Made by a program: the position numbers and the translations under genes. DNA of 35,424 bases from Thermoanaerobaculia bacterium (GTDB taxonomy: Bacteria; Acidobacteriota; Thermoanaerobaculia; UBA5066). The stretch is from NCBI GenBank assembly GCA_039812785.1, contig JBDIBE010000001.1, forward strand, positions 1 through 35,424. Direction: 5' to 3'. Of this stretch, positions 34,601 to 35,424 are shown one piece after another (the first letter of the stretch is position 1; each line of letters opens with the position of its first letter). Under the pieces are notes generated by a model that was not told the origin of the DNA, did not search any database, and saw nothing but the letters and a program-made list of their open reading frames with translations.

Positions 34601-35188
34601 GAGGAGGTCGGGCATCAGCTGCCGCTGGATCGGCAGCCCGTGGTCCATCAGCTCGATGTAGTACCGGTCCTTCCCGAAGAGCGCCTGGTATCTCAGCGCC
34701 GTCTCCTTCGCCCCTGCGAAGTCGCCGGCGAGCAGGCGCTGGGAGACCTCCGACTTGACGCACCCGGAGAGCGCGATGAGCCCCTCGTGGTGCCTCTCGA
34801 GGAGCTCCCAGTCCATCCGCGGCTTGTAGTAGAAGCCCGTCAGGAAGGCCTCGGAGACGAGGTAGGAGAGGTTTCGGTAGCCTTCCGGAGTCTCGGCGAG
34901 GAGCGTCAGATGGTAGCTGTTCCCCTCCCCGTCGACCGTCTTCACGGCCTCCCGGTCCTGCCGCGATCCCGGGGCGATGTACGCCTCCACGCCGAGGATC
35001 GGCTTCAGGCCATGGTCGATCGCCTCCGACTGGATGTCGAAGGCCCCGAACATGTTCCCGTGGTCCGTCACGGCGACGGCGCTCATCCCGTTCTTCAGGA
35101 CGTGCTTGATGAGGTCCTTCGTCCGGTTCGCGCCGTCGAGGAGCGAGTACTGGGTGTGCAGGTGAAGGTGGACGAAGTCGGACGACAT
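31649..35188 (-). CDS. dnaE: DNA polymerase III subunit alpha
   Basis: N-terminal PHP domain FVHLHLHTQYSLLDGA...AVTDHGNMFG, catalytic region GPGRGSAAGSLVAW, MPDIDVDL, FNKSH, and an OB fold near the C-terminus. Length is 1179 aa. Confidence 0.96.
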   Translation of the reverse strand: MSSDFVHLHLHTQYSLLDGANRTKDLIKHVLKNGMSAVAVTDHGNMFGAFDIQSEAIDHGLKPILGVEAYIAPGSRQDREAVKTVDGEGNSYHLTLLAETPEGYRNLSYLVSEAFLTGFYYKPRMDWELLERHHEGLIALSGCVKSEVSQRLLAGDFAGAKETALRYQALFGKDRYYIELMDHGLPIQRQLMPDLLRLSRETGIPVVATNDAHYLQRGDAEAQDVLLCIGMGKTVQDAKRMKFYNSEFYVKNPGEMQEAFREWSLEAVKNSAAVADRVAPKVIVDTSLKLPTFPLPEEAGGPDEYLENLARTGLESRLAPIAELLAAGRTKHPRKDYDDRLEWELGVIRKMGLSAYFLIVWDFIKYAKDSGIPVGPGRGSAAGSLVAWTLGITDVDPLRYDLLFERFLNPDRISMPDIDVDLCERRRGEVIEYVRHKYGKENVGQIITFNSMKARAVIRDVGRALDVPLAEVNRLCAMIPANPGKPTTLSEARSSVKELSDTLAGNEGYRRLFDLAERLEGVSRHAGVHAAGVLIAPRPLVEYLPLYKNNNDEITTQFEMKSVDRMGLLKMDFLGLITLTILDDAVRTASKRTGSQIDLAKIPLNDPEVFRLFSEGRTDGIFQFESSGMRDLLRRVQPSVFEDLAALNALYRPGALDAGTVEVYIERRRGRKFDYPLPQLELILKDTYGVLVYQEQVMLAARAVAGYTPGEADKLRKAIGKKDEALLKDQGEKFVKKAVEKGVPKKKAEELWELILPFGRYGFNKSHSVVYALLAYRTAWMKVHHPVDFMAATLTASSGKSEDVVKYVNACREMKIAILPPDVNASQLSFAPDGEAIRFGLGAVKGVGEGAVNSILEQRAADGPFASLTDFCCRVNTKLNNRKVLEALIRSGCFDSLGKSRAALTAGVDSALDVASAERKAAESGQGGLFAEEAAHDRKDRFPNLPEWSPDERIKYEKETLGFYITGHPLARFEEEIELFGDVKAENAGEKVDQNVKIVALLASLKKTQIKKGQNEGKMMAKGVLEDLTGSVPVTIFASLLERLGAWLAEGKAVLVSGVVRSSAAPGAPEPEGEGAPVPVEIIAREIQPLEGMREASAIELKLFAPLPGTLDDTFASVREVLESSPGSVPVSLLVRRPGHWEATVRAARRLAVRPTPELSKGLERLLGPGSVKYVYPRS

Positions 35189-35197
35189 GCCGGCTGG

Positions 35198-35203
35198 ATT
35201 CTA
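35198..35203 (-). promoter_or_regulatory. -10-like hexamer TAGAAT, 9 nt upstream of the dnaE ATG
   Basis: The minus strand reads cgccTAGAATccagccggcATG. There is no SD in the spacer and no clear -35. Confidence 0.25.
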
Positions 35204-35287
35204 GGCGGGCGAACGCCCCGAGCGGAGGGTCCCGGAGCCTCTCCGTAGGGGCGCCCCGCCCTCGCTCCGGCTGCCGCGAAAGCAGAA

Positions 35288-35321
35288 CGCGGGCGGCACC
35301 GCCGATGGCGCGCCGCCCGCG
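35288..35321 (-). terminator. GC-rich hairpin downstream of the Gly-rich gene (candidate intrinsic terminator)
   Basis: A perfect 10-bp inverted repeat, cgcgggcggc (35288..35297) / gccgcccgcg (35312..35321), with a 14-nt loop. On the minus strand it is followed by TTCTGCTTTCG and lies 26 nt after the stop at 35347. Confidence 0.5.
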
Positions 35322-35346
35322 TCGAAGAGTCCGCTATGCCGGAAGG

Positions 35347-35424
35347 TCAGTAGCGGCCGCCGCCGTAGCCGCCGCCGCCACCATAGCCGCCCCGGCCGCC
35401 GCCGCCACCGTAGCCCCCCCGACC
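35347..35424 (-). CDS. 3' end of a gene encoding a Gly/Arg/Tyr-rich C-terminal tail (RRM-type RNA-binding protein or RNA helicase tail is plausible); 5' part lies outside the window
   Basis: Hand translation of the minus strand from 35424 gives GRGGYGGGGGRGGYGGGGGYGGGRY followed by TGA (35349..35347). It is absent from the ORF track because no start codon lies inside the window. A terminator-like hairpin follows. Confidence 0.5.
   Translation of the reverse strand, partial: GRGGYGGGGGRGGYGGGGGYGGGRY

Noticed and set aside
31653-34763. Upstream ~1040 aa of the 1334-aa minus-strand ORF 30759..34763
   Set aside because: It is an off-frame reading inside dnaE (Arg/Pro/Gly-rich). The genuine product is the last 297 aa, starting at the GTG at 31652. 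Likewise only the last 239 aa of ORF 30043..31452 are credible.
31769-35248. 1159-aa plus-strand ORF
   Set aside because: It is antisense to dnaE, with an E/D/R/L/G/V-rich translation typical of the complement of a GC3-rich gene, and it has no motifs.
1-35424. Search for CRISPR arrays, tRNA/rRNA genes, transposases, integrases, phage genes, toxin-antitoxin pairs or defence systems
   Set aside because: I found none by reading both strands. Noncoding space is minimal (the largest gap is 252 nt), there are no direct-repeat/spacer patterns, and every sizeable ORF with normal amino-acid composition has a housekeeping or envelope assignment, or is one of three small exported unknowns.

Overview
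This is a high-GC bacterial chromosome segment. Hand counts of sample 60-nt lines gave 57-70% G+C. It is densely packed with about 31 protein genes, almost all recognisable housekeeping functions, and the organism is clearly diderm (MsbA-like exporter, LptB, LptC/A-like and LptF/G-like genes).

Plus strand, in order: msbA-like (5' truncated), yicC, gmk, rpoZ, coaBC, family-4 uracil-DNA glycosylase, unknown anchored protein, priA, accA, recJ, a 668-aa LptC/LptA-like protein, lptB, rpoN, hpf, hprK, rapZ, EIIA(Man), HPr, ptsI, cupin, unknown secreted protein, miaB, DUF151 nuclease, parA, parB, and a 776-aa LptF-LptG fusion.

Minus strand, in order of transcription: a partial Gly/Arg/Tyr-rich CDS at the right edge, dnaE, a short CCA/poly(A)-polymerase-family nucleotidyltransferase, an unknown secreted protein, rsmD, metK.

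I see no tRNA/rRNA, CRISPR array, transposase, integrase, toxin-antitoxin or defence-island signature. I judge this an ordinary core region, not an accessory island, and I cannot support a claim of a new multi-gene system.

The points most worth a second look are:
- LPS transport appears to be built from fusion proteins: LptC plus several LptA-like modules in one chain, and LptF plus LptG in one chain.
- A permease-less regulatory PTS with HprK is embedded in the conserved lptB-rpoN-hpf-rapZ neighbourhood, with a cupin gene translationally coupled to ptsI.
- AT-rich -10-like hexamers lie 6-11 nt upstream of SD-less start codons of accA, ptsI, dnaE and parA, suggesting leaderless or near-leaderless mRNAs.
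- A long hairpin overlaps the metK Shine-Dalgarno sequence.
- Three uncharacterised exported or anchored proteins are wired into housekeeping operons by 4-nt start/stop overlaps.

Many very long ORFs in the six-frame track are off-frame or antisense artefacts of the high GC content. Coordinates below include the stop codon, following the ORF track's convention.
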